Source: Macrostomum lignano
Taxonomy: Eukaryota
Assembly: GCA_002269645.1 (NCBI GenBank)
Contig: NIVC01000234.1
Coordinates: 1 to 64,000, forward strand
Reading direction: 5' to 3'
Length of the DNA stretch: 64,000 nt
The notes below the pieces were generated by a model. It saw nothing but the letters and a program-made list of their open reading frames with translations, was not told where the DNA came from and searched no databases. The first letter of the stretch is position 1, and the number at the start of each line of letters is the position of its first letter. This document shows positions 1 through 13,928 of the stretch, piece by piece. Position numbers and translations under genes: made by a program.

Positions 1-51
1 AAATATTTGTCATACTTCAATAACTGCCGACAAGGCAAGAAATAAAACATA

Positions 52-1965
52 CCGGTAACCCCCAGAACACCCGGTAATCGACAAGACACACCCAATAACC
101 CCCAAAGACACACCCACTAATCCAAGACACACCCACTAATCTCAAGACACACCCACTAATACCAAGACATCCACTAATACCAAGACACACCCACTAATCC
201 CAAGAAACACCCACGAATCCCAAGACACATCCACTAGTCCCAAGGCACACCCACTAGTCCCAAGACACATCCACTAATCCCAAGACACACCCACTAATCC
301 CAAGACACACCCACTAATCCCAAGACACAACCACTAATCCCAAGACACACCACTAATCCCAAGACACACCCACTAATACCAAGACACACCCACTAACCCC
401 AAGACACACCCACTAATCCCAAGACGCACCCACTAATCCCAAGATACACCCACTAATCCCAAGACACACCCACTAATCCCAAGACACACCCACTAATCCC
501 AAGACACACCCACTAATCTCAAGATACACCCACTAATCCCAAGACACACCCACTAATCCCAAGACACACCCGCTAATCCCAAACACACCCACTAGTCCCA
601 AGGCACACCCACTAATCCCAAGACACACCCACTAATCCCAAGACACACCCACTAATACCAAGACACACCCACTAACCCCCATGACACACCCACTAATCCC
701 AAGACACACCCACTAACCCCCAAGACACACCCACTAATCCCAAGACACACCCACAAATCCCAAGACACACCCACTAATCCCAAGACACACCCACTAATCC
801 CAAGACACACCCACTAATCCAAGACACACCACTAATCCCAAGACACACCCACTAATCCCAAGACACACCCACTAATCTCAAGACACACCCACTAACCCCC
901 AAGACACACCCACTAATCCCAAGACACACCCACTAATCTCAAGACACACCCACTAACCCCCAAGACACACCACTAATCTCAAGACACACCCACTAATCCA
1001 AGACACACCCACTAATCCCAAGACACACCCACTAATACCAAGACACCCACTAATCTCAAGACACACCCACTAATACCAAGACACACCCACTAATCCCAAG
1101 ACACACCCACCAATACCAAGACACACCCACTAATCTCAAGACACACCCACTAATCTCAAGACACACCCACTAATCTCAAGACACACCCACTAATCTCAAG
1201 ACACACCCACTAATCCCAAGACACACCCACTAATACCAAGACACCCACTAATCTCAAGACACACCCACTAATCTCAAGACACACCCACTAATCCCAAGAC
1301 ACACCCACTAATACCAAGCACCCACTAATCTCAAGACACACCCACTAATCCAAGACACACCCACTAATCCCAAAACACACCCACTAATCCCAAGACACAC
1401 CCACTAATCCCAAGACACACCCACTAATCCAAGACACACCCACTAATCCCAAGACACACCCACTAATCCCAAGACACACCCACTAATCCAAGAGACACCC
1501 ACTAATCCCAAGAAACACCCACGAATCCCAAGACACATCCACTAATCCTAAGACACACCCACTAATCCCAAGACACACCCACTAAACCCAAGACACACCC
1601 ACTAATACCAAGACACACCCACTAATCTCAAGACACACCCACTAATCCCAAGACACATCCACTAATCCTAAGACACACCCACTAATCCAAGACACACCCA
1701 CTAATCCCAAGACACGCCCACTAATACCAAGACACACCCACTAATCCCAAGACACACCCACTAATCCTAAGACACACCCACTAATCCCAAGACACACCCA
1801 CTAATCATAAGATCCCAAGATCCTAATCCTAAGACACACCCACTAATCCTAAGACACACCCACTAATCCAAGACACACCCAATAATCCCAAGACACATCC
1901 ACTAATCCCAAGACACACCCACTAATACCAAGAACCCCACTAATCTCAAGACACACCCACTAATC
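52..1965. repeat. Tandem minisatellite, 20-bp unit CCCAAGACACACCCACTAAT
   Basis: Continuous head-to-tail copies with point variants and 1-2 bp indels. Confidence 0.95.
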
Positions 1966-2261
1966 TAATCTAACTAACCACCCTCACTAGGCCCGAGAAT
2001 CTAAAGGGGATTAATTGTTTCCTTTTGCTCTAAGTAAGCCTGTCATGACAACTACACTAAGAAATTTTCGAATTTTAAAATGACTTTTAACATGCAAGAA
2101 GCGTTCTTTAAGAACTCGTTTTAATTCAAATTTGAAAATGAAATGGTGCTCGAAATCTTCGCGAGAAACTCGATTGCTAAATATTAAAAACAAAGGATTT
2201 GTAGGAGCCAGTAGGCTTGTGTATTTTCGCGACAGGGACAAGCAACCGATTTGTTGACAGT

Positions 2262-2958
2262 ACATTAGAGAAATTTATCATTCTGGGACAGTACATAACA
2301 CAAATTTATCATGCTGTGACAGTAAATTACAGAAGTTTATCATGCTGTGACAATACATTACAGAAAATTATCATGCTGTGAAAGTAAATTACAGAAGTTT
2401 ACGAGCGTATCATGCTGTGACAATACATTACAGAGATTTATCACGCTGGGACATTACAGAAATTTATCAAGCAGTGACAATACATTACAGAAATTTATCA
2501 AGCTGTAATAATACATTACAGAAATTTATCATGCTGTAATAATACATTACAGAAATTTATCATGCTGTAATAATACATTACAGAAATTTATCAAGCTGTG
2601 AAAGTAAATTACAGAAGTTTATCATGCTGTGACAATACATTACAGAGATTTATCACGCTGGGACATTACAGAAATTTATCAAGCAGTGACAATACATTAC
2701 AGAAATTTATCAAGCTGTGACAATACATTACAGAAATTTATCAAGCTGTGACAATACATTACAGAAATTTATCAAGCAGTGACAATACATTACAGAAATT
2801 TATCAAGCAGTGACAATACATTACAGAAATTTATCAAGCTGTGACAATACATTACAGAAATTTATCAAGCTGTGACAATACATTACAGAAATTTATCAAG
2901 CTGTAATAATACATTACAGAAATTTATCACGCTGGGACATTACAGAAATTTATCATGT
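2262..2958. repeat. Tandem minisatellite, about 31-bp unit ACATTACAGAAATTTATCAAGCTGTGACAAT
   Basis: About 20 copies just downstream of the DEG/ENaC stop codon. Confidence 0.9.
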
Positions 2959-3173
2959 TAAGCTTGAAGAATTGCTAGAAACAGTCAACAGAGGGTTACC
3001 AATTGCTCACAGACTGAGCAGCGAAGAAGCGATGCTTCTGCAATTCTCTATCAATATACGCTGCTGAAATAAATCAATGATGAGCTTCAACACTGAGCTC
3101 AGTGGGCCATTTGCAATGAATTGAAACTGAAGCCAGTGACCGATCCAAACCGCTATGCAGATTCGATTCGAAC

Positions 3174-6100
3174 TCAGGACTCTTCTTCAATGTCCGAGTC
3201 GTCATCGTTTCTCCTGCACTTCTGCACCAGAATATAGATGAACTCAAGCAGCTCAAATGTGCTCACGACGCTGATGCCGAGCCAGAGTCCCAGAGTTCCT
3301 CCAATCTGCGGGATATGGAGAAAGCATGCAGTACTCGAATTTTGAGCAGATGTCAAATCAGCTGCTGCCCTGTTGCTAGGGAAGAAACTGGGCAGAAGCT
3401 CAGTGCGGCCAAAGGAACCGTAGCGGGATGCCAGTGCGGCCAAAGGAACCGTAGCGGGATGCCAGTGCGGCCAAAGGAACCGTAGCGGGATGTCAGTGCG
3501 GCCAAAGGAACCGTAGCGGGATGCCAGTGCGGCCAAAGGAACCGTAGCGGGATGCCAGTGCGGCCAAAGGAACCGTAGCGGGATGTCAGTGCGGCCAAAG
3601 GAACCGTAGCGGGATGCCAGTGCGGCCAAAGGAACCGTAGCGGGATGTCAGTGCGGCCAAAGGAACCGTAGCGGGATGTCAGTGCGGCCAAAGGAACCGT
3701 AGCGGGATGCCAGTGCGGCCAAAGGAACCGTAGCGGGATGCCAGTGCGGCCAAAGGAACCGTAGGAACCGTAGCGGGATGTCAGTGCGGCCAAAGGAACC
3801 GTAGCGGGATGTCAGTGCGGCCAAAGGAACCGTAGCGGGATGTCAGTGCGGCCAAAAGAACCGTAGCGGGATGTCAGTGCGGCCAAAGGAACCGTAGCGG
3901 GATGTCAGTGCGGCCAAAGGAACCGTAGCGGGATGCCAGTGCGGCCAAAGGAACCGTAGCGGGATGTCAGTGCGGCCAAAGGAACCTTAGCGGGATGCCA
4001 GTGCGGCCAAAGGAACCTTAGCGGGATGCCAGTGCGGCCAAAGGAACCGTAGCGGGATGCCAGTGCGGCCAAAGGAACCGTAGGAACCGTAGCGGGATGT
4101 CAGTGCGGCCAAAGGAACCGTAGCGGGATGTCAGTGCGGCCAAAGGAACCGTAGCGGGATGTCAGTGCGGCCAAAGGAACCGTAGCGGGATGTCAGTGCG
4201 GCCAAAGGAACCGTAGCGGGATGTCAGTGCGGCCAAAGGAACCGTAGCGGGATGTCAGTGCGGGATGTCTGAAATGCGGGAATATTGCAACCGGAAAGCA
4301 GCTCTTACCTCCGACAGGGCCTCGGTCCAGTGGTACTTGTACATCTCTTCGTAAGCATCCGCCGCAGGACTCTGCAAGCTGATACGGACTGCTGCCAGCT
4401 CTTTGGCCAGTTCGCTGCGAGGAATACAAGACGCTGCAGATTCAACGATTTTTCTTCTATAGTCTTCAAGCGAGCTTAGGTCAGTAACATTAAATTTTCC
4501 TAAAACATTGAAATTGCAACCTTCGTACCCTCGAGCTAGCATATACAGCTGAATTTCCTGCCTGGTTTCGGTGCTGTTCCGAAAAATGTGATGCACTTTG
4601 CCATCCTCGGGCAGGAACTCGACTCCATGTCTGACTTGCGGCACCATCAGGTTCTCCCAGATCTCTTGAATGGCGCTGAACGGGGGCCAACTGCGGCTCT
4701 GCTGCCAAGGCCGTTGCTGGGTGAAGTGGCACCACATCCGGTGCTGGAACTGCTTCGCTAGCTCTTGGCTTTTCCTCTGTGCGTGCTGAAACCAGTGATC
4801 ATGGCAGTCAATTCTCTTCAGCACAGCATCCGATGGGGTGATCCACTCCTGCGGTGGAGCGAAGTAGCACAGGTCGCTCGTATTCACCGAGAACGGGAGC
4901 AGGTGTGAATAGCAGCCGCAGTTGCTGTGCAGGATGCTCTGCTGTGCCTCGACTACGAAATCGGAGATGGACTTTGAGTAGGCCTTGGTGACCACGTTCA
5001 GCGAGGCGTTGGAGAAGTGCCTGACATAGTTGATGGTTTCGATAGGAGGCTCGGAGCATCTGCGGCTCGGCTTCGACATGAGTCGGTTGTGGATCGGCCT
5101 GAGTTTGATGGAGGTGCTGCTGGCTGAGGCCACGTCCACGAACTCGGTCTCTGCGGTTTGGCATGGGCTGTGAGACTTTTTTAGCATGCGTTGTGAGACT
5201 GTTTTAACATGGGTTGTAAGACTTTTTTAGCATGGGCTGTGAGACTTTCGTGGAATGAAGCACTTTCAACTAAAAGATAAAAACTTATTAAAAGTTTATC
5301 TAAATATAAGAAAAAAGATCATTGACACTAAATTAAGCAACTAATTTATTAAGTTTTGGGCTACTTTTTGCTGCAAAAATCAAATTCGCGGGTAGCGAAG
5401 CAAAATTACGCACGGCTCATCGGGAAGCTTTTCTCCTCGTGAATGAAAATGCGCAATCCAGCGGACTGCAGCTCGTCGCTCTGCAGCAGTCGGTTGATGG
5501 CTTTGCTGCGTGAGAACTTGCGAAACATGCAGCCGTCGCGCAGTGCTTCATTTCGCCAATTTCCATGCCAGTCGGGAAACTTATCGTTGCCATCGGTGAA
5601 GAGCACCATGTCCAGCTCGGCTCCCCTGCCCCCAGGACCGCTGGACGACTGCCGTGGGTCCGGGTGGAACGTGTAGCAGTTCCAGAACCGGCTGGTCTGG
5701 ACAAGCGAGAAGTTTCTGTGACTGCACGGCTCGCTGTTGTAGCGGCAGCTCAGCAGCATGGTCTCGTCGAGCTGGGAGATGTCTCTGGTGTCGCCCGACA
5801 CCCACATCACGTCCAGGACCTTTTTGCACACCTTCTCAAGTCGGCTATCATAGCTTTCACCCGATTCTTGCGGGCGCCTCTGGGTGTCCTCCTTGAACCA
5901 GTTGACGAAGTTGCCCCAGAAGTTTTCAAAGTAGTCAAACACCTCAAACTTAAACCTAAACTTAAAGTGGGATTCATAGAAATCTTTTAAAGACAGCAAA
6001 GATGCAGAAGCGGGCTTCAAGTTGCAGATTGTGATGTCGGGAAACTGAGCTCGTTCGCTCCTCAGCTTCAGCTGAGACTCAACGGAGCGCTCGGTGAACT

Positions 6101-6278
6101 TCTGCACCAACTTGGCCAGGTGGACGGTGCAGCCGATCAGGGCAGCTACGAACAGAAGCAACCAGAAGAGCCGTCTAGCTGTGCTTCTGGACAGAAAGAT
6201 GTGCAGCAAGCCGTGGGTTCTCGTGATGCCAGCCAGCTCCTGGGCGGCACCGGTCACCGTGCGGAGTCGAGTTCGCAT
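3174..6278 (-). CDS. DEG/ENaC family sodium channel, FaNaC-like; exons 6278-5414, 5150-4309, 3305-3174; about 612 aa
   Basis: N-terminal HG motif (TRTHG), TM1 (RRLFWLLLFVAALIGCTVHL), FPDITICN, C-x-Y-N-x-x-x-C and GLRIFIHE, CGC thumb, and TM2 ALSE|IGGTLGLWLGISVVSTFELLE with the GxS filter. GT-AG introns (5151-5413 phase 1, 3306-4308 phase 0) join all three ORF pieces in frame. Confidence 0.93.
3401..4268. repeat. Intronic minisatellite, 31-bp unit CAGTGCGGCCAAAGGAACCGTAGCGGGATG(C/T)
   Basis: About 28 near-identical copies filling intron 2 of the channel gene. Confidence 0.95.
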
Positions 6279-9189
6279 TTTCCTCTTCAGCTAATTGTAA
6301 CTTAAGCTTGTAGATTTCTCAAAGCAGTTGCTAACGAGTTATTTGCTTAGTGCCCAGAGAATATCGAGCGCTCAAGCCAAGAACTCTTTCGCCCGGCAGT
6401 CCTGTTGCAGCAGTGCGAGCTGCGTCCGATCGCTGCCCTAGACTAAATCCCTACCGCGACTTTCGTACTTTGCTACATTGGCAAGCTCAGAACGCAGCTG
6501 ATTGATAGACAATTTATTCATATTGGAAGAGAATTTGAAATTTGCTAAACTATGCATACCATGAAGACCTTTCTCGAATTGGTGTGATATCACTCTGGCA
6601 TGATCCATTAGTGTGATGTCACTCTGGAAATGTTTATAAATGTTATGCCAGTCTGGAATTATTACGAGTCACTCCAATTTTCTCCCAGTGCCTAGTGTGA
6701 GGTCATTCCAATATTCTCCCCATTTGAGTAATCTGTGAATTAGGCCTGGCAGAGGCCATGCACAATCTTCTTCATAACCAAAGCAGGTACATTACCGATC
6801 TCAGCCTGTACTCGTATGACGTGGAAGCAGCGGGAGGCCTGCTTGATCATATGACCCACTCAAATGAAATCCTGCTGTCCGAATTGGAACTCTCCGCTCC
6901 ATATTTAAAATCTAGCATTTCACCACGCCACAAAAATAAAGCAAATGGAAACTGCATGGCAACCACACGTGAAATCCTTCTGACAGCACATCGGCACTAA
7001 TTGATGTACCATTTGAAATTGTCCAGAATAAATTTCTCGTCAATCGCGCCACAGCTACAGCTTTACGTCATAAATTAAAATCAGCAAGTCTGGGGGAATT
7101 GAATCACCCTCCACCTAGACAGTCAAATAAGCGGCGATTCACGTCCTTCAGTGCACCCAACCTTTCGCCGGCCACACCGCGGTGACACCATCCGCTTTCA
7201 ACCGGTGCAGGACATCTTGCTGCTTACATTTACGATGCAGGACCCGTTTTGTGAACAGTACTCTCTGTTCCCTGCATGGTGGTGTGCCTTGTCGATTGTA
7301 CTTTCATGTAGGCTGGCTCGAATGTCTGCCACTGGTCCCCCGCTGAAGATTTAATGAGTAAAATTGCAGTTTGTAGTCTGCAGTTCTACATGAACATGCA
7401 AAATGCATTCTAGCCAATGCTAATTATAGAAGATAGAAACATTCCCCATAGTTTCCCCATTTCTCAATAATTTTCATAGCACAAAACTGTAAAACTTTAT
7501 ATCTACAGTATGCCTGAAGCCTTAACAACATTCTCAACGCCGTTTTCACCACTCGGGGACTAACAATAGGGTGGCATCTACATGTATAAAACGCTCGAAA
7601 GCACAGGGAGAGGTGGGGCTAACGCACTCAATTTCTGGCAATTCCCGTGCGGCTGCATCCTATATTGTTCCTCAATTCCATTGCACCTTCCGCGCAGTGC
7701 CCGAGCAGCTAACTTATGCAACTGCAGGCAATCCGCAGCAATAAAGGCCATTCATGCATTCTCCCTGTTGGACGCGGAGCACAATTCTTCATCATCTGTG
7801 AATGCCCCGCCCACTCTATGCTTGTCAGCTACCTTAAAGGAGAAGGACAGGACTGCGCTGCGAACACCCGGTACCACTGGGATGCATTTACATGTAACGT
7901 TTACGGTTACGAGCACCACTTAGCTTCCCGAATGACCAAAGCCCTGATCTGCAGCTAAATCAAGTAATTGTCAGTTAAATAAAAAACAGAAAATTTTACG
8001 CGCCTGCAATCCTCGGACCTTGGGCCATGTTTTGCGCAGTACAGAATTTTTTAAAAGTATGCAATTTTCAAATACCGTCACTTTTTTAGTGTATAACAAA
8101 ACCCTTTGTATTGTGAGGCCCATAAATACAATATTTTGATGAAGACAGCCTAAGAACTTACAACATGCTATACCTGTTATCACTCTAAAAATCATGAATT
8201 GTCTATTTTTCGCGCCAATTTTTAATTCTAACTACACTCGCCGAATGAGCACGTACTTGGTAACATGACTTTCAAGTAGTAGGCCAATCGCGTGACCGCC
8301 CTATCGGAAAACATCTCTTGGCTCTATTTATGCCAGGTTCTGTCCTCTCTGCTCGCGCTCATAATTTAGGTCTAAGCTATCATTAACTAGAGTAGCCACT
8401 TCACTTTCCAACACCAGCTCTTCACCATTTGGATATCATATCACTTATCACTTTTGCTTCATATTATTATGTAAGGCCTAATAGATAATAGCATAGCCCA
8501 AGCAACCAGATTTACCAAGACTTTTTACACTTGTAGTCTAGCAGATCAGATTAGAGTGTCAACAGCTGGTACTAGTAAATTTACACCTGTTAACATTAAC
8601 AACTGTTTGCTTCAAATTGTCATTGGTTTCTTGATAAAGTATCAGGCCAATGATGAGCTTGAATAGTAGCCTAGCTTGGCCTACTGAAATATATTAACTA
8701 TTTTAATTGCAGATGGATTGAAATTGATTGACAGGTATTTCCAATTTAAGAGTTTAAAAAAATCTTTAATGGATAGATTTTAAGTTTGCAAAAATAGATA
8801 CAAGATAAGATCATAAGTGGGACTTTGGCTGGTTATTGTTGACCCTTATTGGTCAAAGAAAAAATCTTACTAAACAAGAAGTGCACAAGTGGGTTCTTAA
8901 ACAGCATTAAAGTATTTTATTTTTAGCAGATATAAAAGAGTACTGGATGTTTTAAGTTAGTTTACATTGATAGGCTAATGATATTGTAAGGTTATTAGAG
9001 ATTTATTTATATAGACAGTTCTTTAAAATCTTGACCTCGTTCAAAGATGAAAATTTAATTTCCCTTGAATTTTCTAAAATAAAAATGTCCAGGAGAGTAG
9101 CTAGAACAGAAACAAATACACTAAGAACAGTCTAATACTTGCACTAGACTTGCAATATACAAAGTTAAAATATAGGGTAAGGGTAGGCT

Positions 9190-11050
9190 CTAACCCATTT
9201 GTAGTTTGTAAGTTAAAATCAATTTCACGAGTGCAGTAAACACCGCGAGTAACTATGAGTGCAATTCAAACACAAATTGCCTCGCCACCTAATTGGTATT
9301 GTTTTTATTAGTAATATACAAGCATCCTTTTCATAAAAAGGTAATAATAAATAATGTTTAAGCAGATGCAAACTGAATGGTTTAAGGGGTGATAAAAATT
9401 TCTTAGGCATAAACACATTGATAATTTAATAGACTTACAAATGGGACAAAAAATTTTTTGAAAATCTTAGGGCCTATACAATCTTGAAAATATTGATGTC
9501 TTTGAAAAATCTTTAGTAATAAGTTGGTTTGGTCAATAGATACTTTATATTAATATTTTTTGAGAACAGTGATTGAAATTTATCAGTTTAAATAATCTTC
9601 TAAGGGATATTAGAATAACTACTAGGGGGTAAAATTCACAGATTATCAATCACATGGTTGCGGTAAACAGCCCGAGTAACTATGAGTGCAATTTAACAAT
9701 AAATTGCCTCGCCACATAATTTGTACTTTTTTAAAATCAATACATGAGCATCAGTTTTACTTTTAGATAAAAGTACTGGTGAATAATATGTAAGCAGAGC
9801 TAAACTGACTGGTTTGAGAGGTGATATAAAGTTTCTAAACACATTAACAATGATAGACCTTAATATTTTTCCCAAATCCTTAACCATCCTTTAAATTAGG
9901 CCTATATTAGGCCTATCTTTGAAAAATCTTTAGTTAATAAGTTAGGTGGTCAATTAATACTTTATTTTAATATTTTTTCGAGTGAAATTGATCAATATGA
10001 ATAATGACTCTTTTAACAATTTTTTATGAATTATTTAGCTATTTTTGCAATGCTATGATAATAATGTAACAAGCTATTTTATAGCAATATTGTTTTCAAT
10101 TATTTACTATTTAATTTTGTTAAAATCAGTTTAAAGTCACTTTGGATAACATAATTACTTCATTCTAAGGGCATTAAAAAGGTTAGTGATAATGATAGAA
10201 TGATGATCAGGGTAAAATTTGCTTATTATCAAGCATATAGCTGTGGTAAACAGCCCGAGTAACTATGAGTACAAGTGAACAGTAAATTGCCTTGCCACCT
10301 AATTGGTACGATTTTTCTAAGTAGTATACAAGTATCATTTTTTATTAAAATATTTTAATGTCAATGAATGATTTTAAGCAGAGACAAACTGAATGGTTTC
10401 AGAGTTGAAAAAACATTTCCTTAACACATTGTCTAAGATTTAGGAAAAATAGTCTGTCATTTTCAATCTTTTAAATGGTGTTATGCTTAAACAATATTTC
10501 ATTTATAAGTCTGTAGGCCAATATGTACTTATTTAAATGTTATTTTGAGTATAAATGATTTTCAACTGATTTCTATAAACTATATGCACTTTTGAATAAT
10601 ATTTTGTGAATATTATTGTTATTTTTATAATCCCATCCCATTAAAACAATATTGTTAAAAGACAAAAGTTATTTAACAATGTTGTTTATAATTAATTATT
10701 TACCATTCATTTTTTATTCAGATTAGTTTTAAGTCATTTTATATAGCCTATCTACTTTATTCCAAGAGCATTGGAAATAATAGTGATGAAAATATAAGAT
10801 AATTAGAGAGTAAAATTCTTAGATAATCAATCACGTGGTTGTGGTAAACAGCCCAAGTAACTATGAGTACAATTGGACAGTAAATTGCCTTGCCACCTAA
10901 TTGGTACTCTTTTTCTAGGTAGTATACAAGTATCATTTTTAGATAGAAGTGAATAATGTTGAGATAAGCAGAAATGAACCAGATAGTTCCAAGAGTGAAA
11001 GTTCCTAACACATTGAAAATAGCAGACTTGATAATTTTTTCCTAAATCCT
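9190..11050 (+). repeat. Four diverged tandem units (about 430-600 bp), each with a 63-nt core resembling 28S rRNA H69-H71
   Basis: Core GTAAACAGCCCGAGTAACTATGAG...TGCCTYGCCACCTAATTGGTA starts at about 9236, 9663, 10246 and 10844. Downstream AT-rich blocks (TAAGCAGA...AAACTGA.TGGTTT, AACACATT) are also shared between units. Confidence 0.85.
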
Positions 11051-11228
11051 CAACAATCTTTTATCTTTTTAAAGTGTGCTATCTTATTATTTAATATTTA
11101 ATATTTATTATTTATTTAATATTATTTATTATTATTTTGAGTATAAATTATTGTAAATTAATCTGATCTCAAATTGATATGTACTTTTGACTCAATATTT
11201 CGGAAATAATAGTTATTTTTGTAATTTT

Positions 11229-13928
11229 ATGATCACAGTACCATGGTAACAATGCCATGATAATGCCATGATAACAGTGCCATGATAACAGTGCCATGAT
11301 AATGCCATGATAATGCCATGATAACAGTGCCATGATAATGCCATGATAATGCCATGATAATGCCATGATAATGCCATGATAACAGTGCCATGATAATGCC
11401 ATGATAATGCCATGATAACAGTGCCATGATAATGCCATGATAATGCCATGATAATGCCATGATAACAGTGCCATGATAATGCCATGATAATGCCATGATA
11501 ACAGTGCCATGATAATGCCATGATAATGCCATGATAACAGTGCCATGATAATGCCATGATAATGCCATGATAACAGTGCCATGATAATGCCATGATAATG
11601 CCATGATAACAGTGCCATGATAATGCCATGATAACAGTGCCATGATAATGCCATGATAACAGTGCCATGATGATGCCATGATAACAGTGCCATGATAATG
11701 CCATGATAATGCCATGATAACAGTGCCATGATAATGCCATGATAACAGTGCCATGATAATGCCATGATAACAGTGCCATGATAATGCCATGATAACCGTG
11801 CCATGATAATGCCATGATAACAGTGCCATGATAATGCCATGATAACAGTGCCATGATAATGCCATGATAACAGTGCCATGATAATGCCATGATAACAGTG
11901 CCATGATAATGCCATGATAGCAGTGCCATGATAATGCCATGATAACAGTGCCATGATAATGCCATGATAATGCCATGATAACACTGCCATGATAACAGTG
12001 CCATGTTGACAATGCCATGATAACAGTGCCATGTTGACAATGCCATGATAACAGTGCCATGATAATGCCATGATAACAGTGCCATTTTGACAATGCCATG
12101 ATAACAGTGCATGTTGACAATGCCATGATAACAGTGCCATTTTGACAATGCCATGATAACAGTGCCATTTTGACAATGCCATGATAACAGTGCCATAAAA
12201 ATGCCATCATAACAGTGCCATGATAGCAGTGCCATGAAAATGCCCATGATAACAGCGCCATGTTGACAATGCCAGGATAACAGTGCCATGATAACAGTGC
12301 CATGATAACAGTGCCATGATAACAGTGCCATGATAATGCCATGATAACAGTGCCATGAAAATGCCATGATAACAGTGCCATGTTGACGGTGCAATGATAA
12401 TGCCATGATAACCGTGCCATGATAATGCCATGATAACCGTGCCATGATAATGCCATGATAACAGTGCCATGATAATGCCATGATAACAGTGCCATGATAA
12501 TGCCATGATAACAGTGCCATGATAATGCCATGATAACAGTGCCATGATAATGCCATGATAACAGTGCCATGATAATGCCATGATAACAGTGCCATGATAA
12601 TGCCATGATAACAGTGCCATGATAATGCCATGATAACAGTGCCATGATAATGCCATGATAGCAGTGCCATGATAATGCCATGATAACAGTGCCATGATAA
12701 TGCCATGATAATGCCATGATAACACTGCCATGATAACAGTGCCATGTTGACAATGCCATGATAACAGTGCCATGTTGACAATGCCATGATAACAGTGCCA
12801 TTATAATGCCATGATAACAGTGCCATTTTGACAATGCCATGATAACAGTGCATGTTGACAATGCCATGATAACAGTGCCATTTTGACAATGCCATGATAA
12901 CAGTGCCATTTTGACAATGCCATGATAACAGTGCCATAAAAATGCCATCATAACAGTGCCATGATAGCAGTGCCATGAAAATGCCCATGATAACAGCGCC
13001 ATGTTGACAATGCCAGGATAACAGTGCCATGATAACAGTGCCATGATAACAGTGCCATGATAACAGTGCCATGATAATGCCATGATAACAGTGCCATGAA
13101 AATGCCATGATAACAGTGCCATGTTGACGGTGCAATGATAATGCCATGATAACCGTGCCATGATAATGCCATGATAACCGTGCCATGATAATGCCATGAT
13201 AACAGTGCCATGATAATGCCATGATAACAGTGCCATGATAATGCCATGATAACAGTGCCATGATAATGCCATGATAACAGTGCCATGATAATGCCATGAT
13301 AACAGTGCCATGATAATGCCATGATAACAGTGCCATGATAATGCCATGATAACAGTGCCATGATAATGCCATGATAACAGTGCCATGATAACAGTGCCAT
13401 GTTGACAATGCCATGATAACAGTGCCATTTTGACAATGCCATGATAACAGTGCCATTTTGACAATGCCATGATAACAGTGCCATAAAAATGCCATCATAA
13501 CAGTGCCATGATAGCAGTGCCATGAAAATGCCCATGATAACAGCGCCATGTTGACAATGCCAGGATAACAGCGCCATGATAACAGTGCCATGATAACAGT
13601 GCCATGATAATGCCATGATAACAGTGCCATGAAAATGCCATGATAACAGTGCCATGATAACAGTGCCATGTTGACGGTGCAATGATAATGCCATGATAAC
13701 AGTGCCATGATAATGCCATGATAACAGTGCCATGATAATGCCATGATAACAGTGCCATGTTGACGGTGCAATGATAATGCCATGATAACCGTGCCATGAT
13801 AATGCCATGATAACCGTGCCATGATAATGCCATGATAACAGTGCCATGATAATGCCATGATAACAGTGCCATGATAATGCCATGATAACAGTGCCATGAT
13901 AATGCCATGATAACAGTGCCATGATAAC
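11229..13928. repeat. Satellite of interleaved 11-bp (GCCATGATAAT) and 14-bp (GCCATGATAACAGT) units with higher-order duplication
   Basis: Visible directly. The diagnostic variant CCATAAAAATGCCATCAT recurs at about 12193, 12934 and 13481. Confidence 0.95.

Noticed and set aside
6758-7958. Several 60-110-aa ORFs upstream of the channel gene
   Set aside because: No recognisable motif on either strand and no consistent splice signals.
9190-11050. Calling the 28S-like cores rRNA genes or box C/D snoRNAs
   Set aside because: Similarity is limited to about 63 nt, the H69 stem is broken, and no CTGA D-box follows the 12-nt antisense stretch on the minus strand.
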